Shown here one piece after another: positions 12,835-24,652 of a DNA stretch of 64,000 bases (its first letter is position 1; each line of letters begins with the position of its first letter). A program made the position numbers and the translations under genes. This DNA is from Podarcis tiliguerta (lineage: Eukaryota). Under the pieces are notes generated by a model, which saw only the letters and a program-made list of their open reading frames with translations, was not told the origin of the DNA and made no database searches. Location: assembly GCA_965153285.1 (NCBI GenBank), contig OZ229111.1. One strand, 5' to 3'.

Positions 12835-13336
12835 CTAGACAGCATTTTAAAAAGTAGAGACATCACCTTGCCAACAAAGGTCCGTATACTAAAAGCTATG
12901 GTTTTCCCAGTAGTGATGTATGGAAGTGAGAGCTGGACCATAAAGAGGGCTGATCGCCGAAGAATTGACGCTTTTGAATTATGGTGCTGGAGGAAACTCT
13001 TGAGAGTCCCATGGACTGCAAGAAGATCAAATGCATCCATTCTCAGGGAGATCAGCCCTGAGTGCTCACTGGAAGGACAGATCGTGAAGCTGAGGCTCCA
13101 ATACTTTGGCCACCTCATGAGAAGACTCCCTGGAAAAGACCCTGATGTTGGGAAAGATGGAGGGCACAAGGAGAAGGGGACGACAGAGGACGAAATGGTT
13201 AGACAGTGTTCTCGAAGCTACAAACATGAATCTGACCAAACTGCGGGTGGCAGTGGAAGACAGGAGTGCCTGGCGTGCTCTGGTCCATGGGGTCACGAAG
13301 AGTCGGACACGACTGAACGACTAAACAACAACAACA
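12835..13336 (+). mobile_element. 5'-truncated RTE-BovB LINE with (CAA)n tail
   Basis: TLPTKVRILKAMVFPVVMYGSESWTIKRADRRRIDAFELWCWRKLLRVPWTARRSN is the BovB ORF C-terminus. Perfect 12-bp TSD gagtgtgtgtag (12823-12834 and 13337-13348). Confidence 0.95.
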
Positions 13337-13557
13337 GAGTGTGTGTAGATACTGGCCTACTGTACATAAGTAAAACTTGCACTTGTTGCTTTGCCCACTT
13401 TTGCCAATGGATCCTCAGCCTGAAAAACGTTCCCTACCCCTGGGTTGGAGTACAGGTAACTCACAACTTACGCAGATTTAACTTGTACTCATTCAGATTT
13501 ACATGCTTGGTAAATAAATAAAAAATACAAAGGGAGTGGTCCTCCAGGAAAAAAAAT

Positions 13558-13790
13558 ACTAGGACTGGAGAGACCTGGATTTAAATTCCCGTTCAGTCAC
13601 AAAGATCACTGGGTGATCTTGGACAGGCCAAACTACCTCTTGGCCTAACCTGCCCCACAGGGTTGTTGTGAGGATAAAATAGAGGATGGAAGAGCCATGT
13701 ACATTGTCTTTGTTTGTTTGTTTAATTTGCATCAAATGGAAACTTCAACTCTTTGGAGGAAAGACGGCGTATACAACTAGTAAGTAAGAA
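13558..13790 (+). mobile_element. MIR-related (Squam3-like) SINE, old
   Basis: CORE-like cactgggtgatcttggacag...ctaacctgccccacagggttgttgtgaggataaaat with an L2-like tail. Confidence 0.7.
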
Positions 13791-14224
13791 ACCCAATAAA
13801 TAATATTAAAAGCAACTTCCAATGTATCTTACCCACTTTAAAAGGTGTTTGGGATCCTTTCAAGGAGTAACCTGCTCAGCTTCAAAGCTATTTTTCTTGC
13901 TCTAAGCAACCTATTCTCTTTTTTTGCAGTCTTGTGCTAGTATTTAACCACACAGTGTCTGAATTCATTGTCAGTGCCATGCTTTATATGTGCTTACCTA
14001 GAGAAGGCCATCTAGTGGTTAAATATGGGAAGCAAACATCACTCTTTTGTGCTGTATAAACATGCATATCTTGTAACCTGAACTGCTCGGTATGTTATTT
14101 TCTGCAGATAAATAGTTTCCAATTTTATAAGACACATCTTTAGTAAATTACATACTTCCTGTTCTTCCCGATGCACAAAATGAGCAAATTAAAATTGTGA
14201 ACATTTTGTACACACCAACCAAAG

Positions 14225-14910
14225 TTAACCAAGATCTGCCTTGTTGCATCAGACCATGGTTTATGTAGTCAAGCATTCTGATTTCAGCAAGGCATGAAAG
14301 TGATCAATATCCCCTGTTGTTTGACACTGCTCCCTGGTGTTCAGAGCTATGCCTCTGTACATGGGGGTTTCATTCGGCTGCCATGACCAAAGTGCTCTAG
14401 TGTGACTTGTTCCCTGCCCGGGATTCTAGCACCTTGGTTCCATCTCCCCTCCCTGTTTTCTGCTGTCCTCCTCAACAGCCAGGCAGTGTACCATGGCAAC
14501 TGAGCACACTCAGTGCTCCTCAGCTTATTCCTCCCCTCTTTGGGGTTCTTTGCTAAATGTTTTTTTGTACTTCCCCAAACTTTGGTGCTCTTCCAAGCTT
14601 GCGGATACCTTACTCATGTGTGTGGTGCATCGTGCCATTTTGGCTACATTATTACAGGCTCTGACAGCCTGAACATCGGAAATGGAGAGAATTACAGACC
14701 TATCTTAGATGACTCTGTTTAATCCTTTTTAAATGCCATCTGCTGGTTGCCACCGCCACATCTTTGCAGCAATATATTCCATGAGTTAAGAATGTGCTGT
14801 CTGAGGAAAGTGCTCTTTTCCCCTAAATCCAGAACCAGCTGCCAATCAATTTAATTGGACAGCCCCAATTCTAGTATCATGGGAAAGAGATTTCTATCCA
14901 TCCACTTTCT
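14225..14910 (-). mobile_element. Decayed CR1 3' region with an unrelated internal segment (~14400-14690)
   Basis: aatcctttttaaatgccatc...gcaatatattccatgagttaa and gatcagacca-like tail motifs in reverse orientation. Confidence 0.5.
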
Positions 14911-15231
14911 ATCACATCGCCCAGCATGGAAAAGCCTCAGATGCTTTCCACAGAAGAAGGTGCTCCAACTCCTAATCCCACATCCTATCACAGCTACTTT
15001 TATTACTTTATTGAGAGGACATGATGGTTTTGTAAAACCTATCTGTGAAATTGATGAAAGAAATTGATGTGGCACCAAGGCATCCAGCCACTACAAACAA
15101 ATGTAATGGCAGATCACACATACACAGGGATATGGAGCTCTGTGCTAACTATAGAGAAAAATAACTTAGGTGCCTTTAAAATCTTAACTTCTTAATGATC
15201 TCATAAAAATGGTGTTTGTTATTTTTAGCCC

Positions 15232-15300
15232 CTCCCCTTCCTTCCTTCCTTCCTTCCTTCCTTCCTTCCTTCCTTCCTTCCTTCTTTCTATCCTTCTTTC
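15232..15300 (+). repeat. (CCTT)n / (CTTT)n microsatellite
   Basis: Read directly. Confidence 0.95.
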
Positions 15301-15349
15301 TTTTAAAAAAAAAGCTTTTTCATTGTGCCTTTCTTTAAGGAGAAAACAA

Positions 15350-16305
15350 GGTGCCTCCGGGTTCTGTCCTGGGCCTGTTGTTGTTCAACATCTTTATAAA
15401 TGACTTGGATGAATGAATTGAGGGGATCCTCAACAAATTTGCAGATGACACCAAACTGGGAGGGGTAGCTAATGCCACAGAAAACGGAATCAGAATTCCA
15501 AATGACCTTAACAGATTGGAGAACTAGGCGTAAGCTAACAAAATGAATTTCAATAGGGACAAATGTAAGGTTCTGGACTTAGACAGAAAGAACCAGATGC
15601 ACAAATATAGAATGGGGGACACCTGGCTTACTAGCAGTACATGTGAAAAGGATCTAGGGGTCTTAGAAGAGCACAAACTTAACATGTCAACAAGTGTGAT
15701 GCAGCAGCAAAAAAAAAAAGCTAATGCTATTGTAGGCTGCATCAATATAAGCATAGAGTCCCAGTCAATGGAAGTCATAGTACCACTCTATTCTGCCTTA
15801 GTCTGACCACACTTGGAATACTGTGTCCAATTCAGGGCACCACAATTTAAGAAGGATGTTGACAAGCTGGAATGTGTGCAGAGGAGGGCAACCAAGATGA
15901 TCAAGGGTCTGGAAACTAAGCCTTATGAGGAGCACTTGAAGGAGCTGGGTATGTTTAGCCTGGAAAATAGGAGACTGAGAGGAGATATGATAGCCATCTT
16001 CAAATATCTTAAGGGCTGTCACATGGAGGAGGGAGCATGCTTGTTTTCTCCTGCTCTGGAGGGTGGGATTAGAACCAATGGCTTCAAGTTGCAGGAAAGG
16101 AGATTCTGACTAAACATTCAGAAAAAACTTTCTGACAGTAAGAGCTGTTCAGCTGTGGAACAGACTCCCATGAGAGGTGGTGGAGTCTCCTTCCTTGGAG
16201 GTTTTTAAACAGAGGTGGGATGGCCACCTGTCATGGATGCTTTAGCTGAGATTCCTGCATTGCAGGGGGTTGGACTAGATGACACGTGGGGACCCTTCCA
16301 ACTCC
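15350..16305 (+). mobile_element. 5'-truncated CR1 LINE (RT C-terminus plus 3' UTR), frameshifted
   Basis: [72 protein letters not shown]; tail ggactagatgac...cccttccaactc. Confidence 0.95.
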
Positions 16306-16436
16306 AGCATTTGCTGTCCACTGCCATGTCTTCTCATTCAATAAGTCTTGAGGAAAATTCCACGAAATGTTACAAAATTGACTCTGCCCAGTGTAGTTCA
16401 CATGTACCAAAGGCTGCTCTGTATCAAGCCTCATGA

Positions 16437-17034
16437 TGTCATGAGTCCCACAGTTCTGGCGGGATTGGGATTGGGATTGGATAGGCAGGTTCTGATGCAG
16501 GAGGAGGAAAAAGAGGAGGAAGAAATTTAGGGGAAACCATATGGTGGGTACCTGGTTTGGAGAAAGGGCAATCTCCCCTTTCTACCCAAACTTCAGAATG
16601 GTGAGCAGGGATGCCAGCTCCCCCACCCCCACCTGTTCCTGAGGAGCAGAGAGCCTAGAGTGCTGTGAGAAGCAAAGTGGGGTGGCAGAACTGGATGTGG
16701 CAGTGACTGAACAGCCTGAACAGGAAGATGAAGCCTTGCCACTTAGAATGAGGCACTGCCTTCACTGCAAACCCACCCACCCAACCAGAATTTTGCAATC
16801 CTCACATTCCTGCAAAGTGAGCAAGTCTCACGAGCTGAGATTTGCTCTCATGAGCATGCCATGCCTTACCTTGAAAAGCTTGGTGGCCAGGGCATGGAAA
16901 CTTATGGAGGCATCTCCATTGCTTCTTCCCACTTGTGAACTTCTTGTCCTGCTTTGGGTCTGCTTTTGAGCCTGTACTGTTATTTGCCTGAATAAATATC
17001 TCTTTCTATTTACAAGTAAGAGGCTCTGCTTACA
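16437..17034 (+). mobile_element. Probable decayed solo LTR with acidic coding remnant
   Basis: Starts TGTCATG, has AATAAA at ~16991 and ends ...cttACA. Flanks catga / (ca)tgatt give only an ambiguous TSD. Confidence 0.45.
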
Positions 17035-20000
17035 TGATTTGGGGTAGCAGAAAGGCCACCTATAGCTTCTTGAAGCTGTGTAAAGTCACTGCATGTCTTA
17101 AAGCTGTTCTGTAGTATGCCCATATGTGTGATTTTACTTACTGCGTTTATTTTAGAATTTATATTCTACTTTATAATGCTGAAAGATCCTCAGAACAGTG
17201 GCAAGTTAAAGACAGTTGACTAAAGTATCCAATCATTAACATGAAAAATAATAAAATGTCAGAGCTTTAACAAAGTCAGATGTTAAAAGCCACAGAAAAT
17301 CATGCGCTCAGTGCCTAATGTGGCAGGCATCAGTAGTATCATACATAACCACATAATCCAACCTAACCACTTGGGCACAAGTTGCAGATGTTAGGAGAAG
17401 TTGCTCGGTAGCAAAGAATAGCAATATGTAGGTTACTCCAAGTAAAATATAAACAGGACCTCAGTTTTGTGCACATTACCACTTGAACGCTGTCTTTTTG
17501 CAGGTATTTTCGTAATACAAATCTGTTTATGAAATCTGGTCTCCTACATAATTTCCCCATGACCTATGACTATGTACCAAACAAGCCAAATTTGTAATGG
17601 TAATAAAATATATTCAGTTAGAACTTACCTGAAGTGTCCACTGCAAAGATAACTATATTCTGTGATGAGGTTTTTGTTTTATTTTTGCTATCCATCCTCC
17701 CAGTATAAATCTGAATATTTATATTACGTTTCTCAAGTTATGACTTGCTGTGCATATGAGTGACTATCACAAAAACAATACCTTCATATCACCATCCACC
17801 AGCCCAAACATTACACGTTTCTGTGCTAGCAGTAAGAACTGAAAATCATGACGACATTCCACATTATGAATATGCATATGTGAAATAATCCCTGAAATAA
17901 TCCCAAAAATGCTTACCAGGAAGTAAGCTCCATTAAAGTCAGTGGGATCTACTTTTGGGTTAAAGATGAGATTGCCTTGCAAATGCAACTGTACAATGCC
18001 CATTATAAGTATCTGTCTACCAACATTACATAAATAGAGTGACATCAGTGTTGCATGAATGAACTTTCCCTGGTGTACATGCTGCCTAAAACTGATGAAC
18101 TTCCAACCCTTTTGTTACTGGTAATGACTTTGTCCCTGGTACATAAAATCTGAAATAAACTTTACTGCACATATAAAGAAAGGAATAATTTTAAAAGGCA
18201 GCACTGTCAAACTTCGCAGGAAAGTAAGATATATGCATAAAACGTTTAGATGAAAAGAAAGAATAAAACGTTTAGATGGGAGGGAACCTAGTTATTGGGG
18301 ATAGGGGCAGAATGGTTGGCCTTCCAGATTGAAAGGCAGATGTCAAATGCTTGAACAAACATTAGAGAATCCTTCAGGAAACCTGTTGCATTAAACAGAA
18401 CCACTGGAGAAAACCATCAAACTAAATGGCATTGATTTCTCTCCCTACCCACTGCCTCTCTCTCTTAGAAAATATACAATGGCCTACAGAAAGACATTTA
18501 GAATTTAAAGCAACAAGTCCAACACAGCACATCTGTTTTCACTGCAAATACAATAATACATACAATGTATTTGCACCACTGCAACTAAAAGCAAAAGCAA
18601 GCCAGACCCACCACATAGCACTTAATTTTCCGAAAGTCAGAGACACAGGTGTGCATTAGACTGCAACTCCCTGAGAAGGCTGTGTGGTGAGGCTGGCGAT
18701 GCTCCACGCCTTCTGTGCCTTGCAGATTTCCCTAAGGCCACAACTTCTGTGACACCAAAGAGCCTTGCGCTACCCGTGCCTCGGTCACTGCATTTCTTTG
18801 GTAAGAGCCCCAGCTGGAATTGAGACTCTCTTAAATGCAACAAGTAAGAAAACCAGATCTGTCTCAATGAATTGTGTTCTTTATGAGTAGAAAAGAGCAA
18901 GCTCACATCCTAATTCCTTTGTTCTTATTATATTCTTGGTGAAATAAAGCAAAAGGTGGCAGGAAACTTTACAAGTATTCAAATTTGTTGCTTATCAACA
19001 GCCACTTTGTCAACATAAACAAAATGCCCCCAACTTCATGAAGTTCCTCACAAGAAAACAAGGAAGGGAAGGGAAAGAAAGGCAACTACGGTATATTAAT
19101 GTGAATAACTGCAGTTTTGTCTATTTAGCTGGCAATCATTTATCTACTTACCTGGAAGTACTCTATGCCCCATTGAACACAGTAGGATTTATTTCAGAGC
19201 AAACATCTGTACAATTGTACAACGGTACACATAGATTTGGTCTTCATTGTGGGAGATTGTGGAGATGAAAAAAGACCTTCATGGGAAAGTTAGGGTTTAA
19301 CATAACAAGTGTTCCGTGGTTGTGTAGCTCATAAACCTAAAAACCACAACTGAACTCACCGACATTCTCTGTGCTTGACGTTGGCCAACATATTTTATGC
19401 AAGATGGAGACCACCTAAAAGGTTGCAATCTGAGCTAATGGAGGATTGAATTTAGGTCTCGCTCATCTCCAAAAGACAAACATTATGACCTGGCTTCATA
19501 GCTATCCTCTAGATGTTATTTGAATTTATTCTTGCATGGATAAACTGCTGGCTGGAGCAAGAATAGAAACTCATCTGTTTCTCTTTAGCCATTGTTTTTA
19601 AAATGCCCTAACATACAAAGGAAAGATGCTATTGTGGTTCCTATCCTTATTTGTCCTTCACTGGATGTAATTAATACTGCTGGTGTGTGCGTGTCTGTAT
19701 CTGTTAATGAAAGTGTGGCTTCTTTTTCACATCTCCACAGAACATTTCGGTCCTAAAAGCAAGCTGTCACTTGACATAGGGTTAACATAAAACTCATGTC
19801 AAGCATCTGATGTGGCATCTGGGAAGAAAGCCAGCATTTAAGAATCACTAGTTTGCTTCCACCATGAGTGACTAGAAGAGCTGAACAAATAGGTTTGTAA
19901 TCCTTATGTACTGAAAGAATATCTTGTGGGTGAAGTAATTCCATTTTGTTAGAAGCAGGGGCTCCTTTCTAATTACATATCTGGTACTGAAATCAGTAGA

Positions 20001-21611
20001 GTTTAGCTGGCAAATGCAGTTCATAATGCAAAGTTCCTGGAAATTTTGAAGACACTGAAAATTGGTTTCTGTGTTTCTCTGGAAATAGCGAATCTTAAAA
20101 TAAAATAAAAATACATGTGCTAATTGCTGTAGGACTATTTACTGCTGCCAGGATTGGTAAAACAATGCATTCTACAGCCTTTTCCCATATTACTGGAGTC
20201 TTGCACAAAGGGGAAACCTTCCCCAGCCTAAAGCCCTTCAGATGGTTTGGACGACATCTCCCATCAACTTCACCCAGCCTAGGCAAATTGGACACCAAGA
20301 TGGGCAAAGCTGTTTTGAGCACTCACCCATCAAACAGACAGTTGGTGTCAGATTGGCTCTCCAAATGTCATTGGTTTATCATCTCCATCATCCCTGACCA
20401 ATAGCCATGCTGTCTGGAACTGTTGGAAATTGTAGTACAGCAAAATCTGGGTTACTGTTGGGTTGGAGATATGGAAGGCAGAATGTATTTGGAAAAAGAG
20501 GGCAAGCACAGAATATTTGATGACTATTACATTAGCCAGATGTCTCACTCTATTCCCATGAGAGTATAGGGGCCAGAGTTAGCATGAGGTGTAACAATAG
20601 AAAATAATCTGATAAATTGTGTCCCTACAGTCAGTTTAGTGGACTACATCATATCAATGACCATTTTACATCTGTTTCATGGAAGTCTTTCTGGAGAACT
20701 TCCAACTTTCTGTTTTGTCTCCACTCCCTCACTATTGCATCAAAATTCATAGGTCCTTTAATTAGGTTCTGCGCTATGAACCATTTCCTGTGTCAAACAA
20801 ATTGGCTATTGATGAGTATGTAACCTTATTAGGAGAGTAGCATAAAACAGCATGGAACACAGTTCCACACAGGGAAGTTAGCTATTCATTGCACAGTAAC
20901 ATTAAGAGAGCAAAAATAATTGCAGCTGTATTTAAGGGGGAGAATGCTGTAGGGCATTCTTGCAGTGCTCTTTAAGGGGAGAGGCCATAGCTCAGTGGCT
21001 TGCCTGCAAAGGCTCCTATAGCACCTCCAGGGGCAGGGTGGGAAGATGAATTTCCCATTTTGTGGGAATTTCCCATTTTCACTTTCCCATTTTGTGCCTT
21101 CTCCCCCTCTCTCGACTCCCACACCAACTGCTCTGCTTCCCCTCTCCTCACCACTGCTTCTTCTCATGCTGCTTTCCTGCGTAAATAGACCAGTTTGTGG
21201 GGTGTTGGGTTTTTTTTTTGGAAAATTGGGTTTTAGTCATATAAGTGTGGAATACAATTCAGCCGTAATGTTCAACTATATGTTTTATTTTCACTTCTGT
21301 AGTGTTTCTTTCTGCAAAATATTTGGCTGCATTCTGTGATTGATTTTTGCCAGTTTGAGGAAAACAATCATACATTTGTGAATACAGATCTATAGAAAGC
21401 AGCAGTGGTGAACATATTTATGGAAAAGTTGCTATGGAAAAATAAACAAAAATCACAAGGAAGTAGAAATCAACAGATATTAGGAAGCCAAAAGTATGTT
21501 GGGAAACTGAACATATTTTGAAGATCTCTTCCCGTGCATTTGAAGGATAGAATGTGAACTGATAGAAAAGATAAATGTAGTTAGAGAAGAATGAAATGTA
21601 GCACTGCAACA

Positions 21612-21748
21612 CAGCCTTTGCCAACCTGGTGTCTTCCAGATTTTTTGACTACAACTCCCATCAGCCCCTGCTGGCATGACTGTAATATATAGGACTGATG
21701 GGAATTATGGCCCAAAACATCTAGAGGGCACCAAGTTGGTGAAGATTG
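21612..21748. mobile_element. hAT MITE related to the 5635-5770 family
   Basis: gactacaactcccatcagccc...gatgggaatt..gcccaaaacatctagagggc. TSD ctgcaaca / ctgtaaaa (6 of 8). Confidence 0.8.
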
Positions 21749-21921
21749 CTGTAAAATAACCACTTAATTGCCTTCCTCTTGCACTTTATCACCATTGAAA
21801 GAAACTGAATGGAGATGTACCCATTACTCTATCTGGAAACTGACTAGCTTGTAGAGAAGGCTCGAGTAGAATATACATTCCAGATCCCACCATTGATAGG
21901 GGACAAACCTTACTATGTTAA

Positions 21922-22285
21922 TGTCAGAGGCTTAGTGCTGTCCAGCTGGCCATAGATAAGACTCCGGGCTCCCAGCCAGTTCCAAACAATTGATTTATTT
22001 GACAAAGTTCAAACGTACATCTCCAGCGTTTCCATTAGCCTCCTTCCCCTTGTGCGCAGGTGCTCCCTCTAATCTTACTTCCTCCTTTTCCGCACCCAGC
22101 ATGCAAGTCTGCGAAAACTCCTCCCCTTACTTCCTCTGTGTACAGCATGACTTGTCCCAGGCTCATCCTCCTCCGCCTCTACGTCAGACTGACTGTCAGA
22201 CGACAAGCTGCTGATAATCTCTTTAGGCTCTCCATAACTGCTGGTTTCTGTCCTTTCATCTTTTCCCGTTTGCCTCTCCCTGACA
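21922..22285 (-). mobile_element. Solo LTR (364 bp)
   Basis: Termini TGTCAG...CTGACA (6-bp inverted), exact 5-bp TSD GTTAA (21917-21921 and 22286-22290), AATAAA on the - strand at 21994-21999. Confidence 0.9.
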
Positions 22286-23069
22286 GTTAAGACAAACTAA
22301 GACCGCATTAATGTGGTCATGTTCAGGTCCAAGATCTTGTGATGTCAGAGTTTGTTGGTTCAATCTAGTTACGGTACATAAGAAATGCTCCCAAGGAGCC
22401 AGCGCCATAATATTAACCAGATTATTTAGCAGTCTTGTAGTCTTTAAGTGTGCTTAAAGCAGAATTTTATAACCATCCATTTTTGCATGTCTAAAGCATG
22501 ACATTAGATGAAAGGAACAAAAAACAAACACCCCCAAAACAGATGGCCATATCACAAAAGAATGATACAGCTACATTAAGATAGCTATTGAGATCTGGCT
22601 AGCATCCTGTGTAAAAACAAGGGCACAATACTTTGGGTAAAATATGCAGAATCTGAACAATGAGAAGAGGTTGTTGCTATATATTCAGAGAAAGGGTACA
22701 TTTTTAAGCTTGAAACTCAGAAGATCATATTGAGGACATAATTTCTATGTTTTAATAAGAAAGTGAGGAGTCAGAACAGCAGATGATTGGAAGAGTGGGC
22801 CATGAATGTGTGGTAATTACAGTGTGTTACTGCAATCTCAGAACTGATGTAAGTATGCAATACAGAGGCATTTGAATACAAGTCACGATGCATCCTCAAG
22901 GAGCCCAGAGTGACAGTGCTCAAGATAACTTGAAAGGTATGTTGGTTTGAGTCCCAGGGTTTGGGGGGGGGGCTCCTAGATCAATTGCTGTTTACTAGAG
23001 AAATCCAGCTGACTCAGAGTGCCCATTGCCAACTTTAGTTGGTGCATCACCTATGGCAATTCCTGGACA

Positions 23070-23650
23070 GGAGTTACATTGGTAACTCATGATTAGACTA
23101 CCGTAATGCGTTGTAAGTGGGGCCTCTCTTGCACCTGATTAAGAAGTGGCAGCTGGTACAAAATGCAGCTGCCAGGTGAGACACCCAGCTTTATACATTT
23201 CACATCAATGTTGGAAGATCTGCACTGGCTGGCTATTAGCTGCTGAGCCACATTCAAGGTTTCATTGTTGACATTTATTGCCCTAAGCAACTTTGGACCA
23301 AGATGCCTAGCAGAGTGTCTGTCCTGGTACAGACCTAGCTGATCTTTGAGATTTTCTAAGGAGACAGCCGGCAGGTTGTCACCAGTGAAAAGTGAAATTC
23401 CCCCCTCAAGTGGTTTGCAGAGACAGTAATGACCTTTAAACACCTTTTAAAAACTTATGTTTACCCACTCATTCCCGAACACTTTTATTTTTGTTTTGTA
23501 CACTACTCAGTTTTATCTGCGATATACAGTTGTTGTTTTTTAATCTAATTTTTTTAGGAAGTTGTATTGAGTGTTTGTGGGGATTTTAGTTTACGTAAAC
23601 CACTCAGGGTTGTTGTTTTTTATATTACAGGGTATACATTTAAAATAAAT
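23070..23650 (+). mobile_element. Old L2 LINE 3' fragment
   Basis: LDYRNAL, QLVQNAAAR and LHWL motifs can be read across frameshifts, followed by an L2-type tail. Confidence 0.75.
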
Positions 23651-23889
23651 ATACAGATTGGGCAAAGGGAATGTATCCAAAACTGAATTAAATTAAAATA
23701 TCATTACATAAAGGACCTCCTTCACAGGGAGATAGATTGTGTCTGTGTGTGTAGCTGCATTGATTCTCTTAACCTCTGAGCTGCTTGCTGTAATACAGAC
23801 TATGGTACCTTTCTGGTTTGGGTGGCTTATTTGGAGATTGACAGAGATTTTGCTATCCACTCCCAGAAAGGTCTCAGTGGTTATTGCTA

Positions 23890-24222
23890 TACTACTACTA
23901 GTAGTAGTAGTAATTTATTTGTACCCCACCCATCTGACTGGGTGGCTTCCAGCATATATAAAAACATAGTAAACCTTACAGAGCTTCCTTTTCTGGCCTG
24001 CCTTCAGATCGTTTCCTAAATGTTATATAATTACTCATCTCCTTAGCATCTGATGGGAGGGCATTCCACAGCATGGGCACCATTACCAGGAAGGTCCTCT
24101 GCCTGGCTCCCTGTGGCTTCACTTTACAGTGTGGGAACCGCCAGAAGGCCCTTGGTGTCTGGGCTGAATGATGGGGATGGAGACGCTCCTTCAGGAATAC
24201 AGGGCCGAGGCCATTTAGGGCA
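23890..24222 (-). mobile_element. L2 3' end, same family as 2585-2926
   Basis: ORF track ALNGLGPVFLKERLHPH...LWNALPSD; clearly similar to the reverse complement of 2585-2900. Confidence 0.85.
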
Positions 24223-24442
24223 ACTGTGGCTCTATCCCATGGGATTTGTCCTGAATAGAGCATGCAACACCTGTGCTGAAAGGTCTACAGTTAACATTCT
24301 TGGCACAATTTGAAGTGCTTAAGGTCAATCTACCTTGAACTAGGCCTCTTCCTGAATGAACTTGCCCATACATTGAGTTCAGCAGTTGGGCCCCTGTCTG
24401 AGTGCCAGTATTGTCTGATTTTGGATGGCTGGAACGAAGAGT

Positions 24443-24652
24443 AAGAACATAAGAGGAGCCCTTCTTGATCTGGCCAAAGGCCCATCTAGTCCAACATCCT
24501 GTTCTCAAGGTGGCCAATCAGATTCCTAGGGGACGCCCACAAGCGGGACATGCATGAGCTTATCAGCACTTTCCCCACTTATGTTCCCCTGCAACTGGTA
24601 TTCACTGTCTCCAATACTGGAGCTGGCACACAGCCATTATGACTAGTAGCCA
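24443..24652 (-). mobile_element. CR1 3' UTR terminus
   Basis: taagaacataagaggagccc...gatctggccaaaggcccatctagtccaacatcctgttctc. Confidence 0.75.

Noticed and set aside
12868-13521. 217-aa ORF as a host gene
   Set aside because: BovB ORF C-terminus that frameshifts and reads through into flanking DNA.
14401-14656. TG...CA bounded insert within CR1 as a solo LTR
   Set aside because: The flanks give no convincing TSD.
15543-16109. RT-like ORFs as a functional reverse transcriptase
   Set aside because: 5'-truncated CR1 copy with stops and frameshifts.
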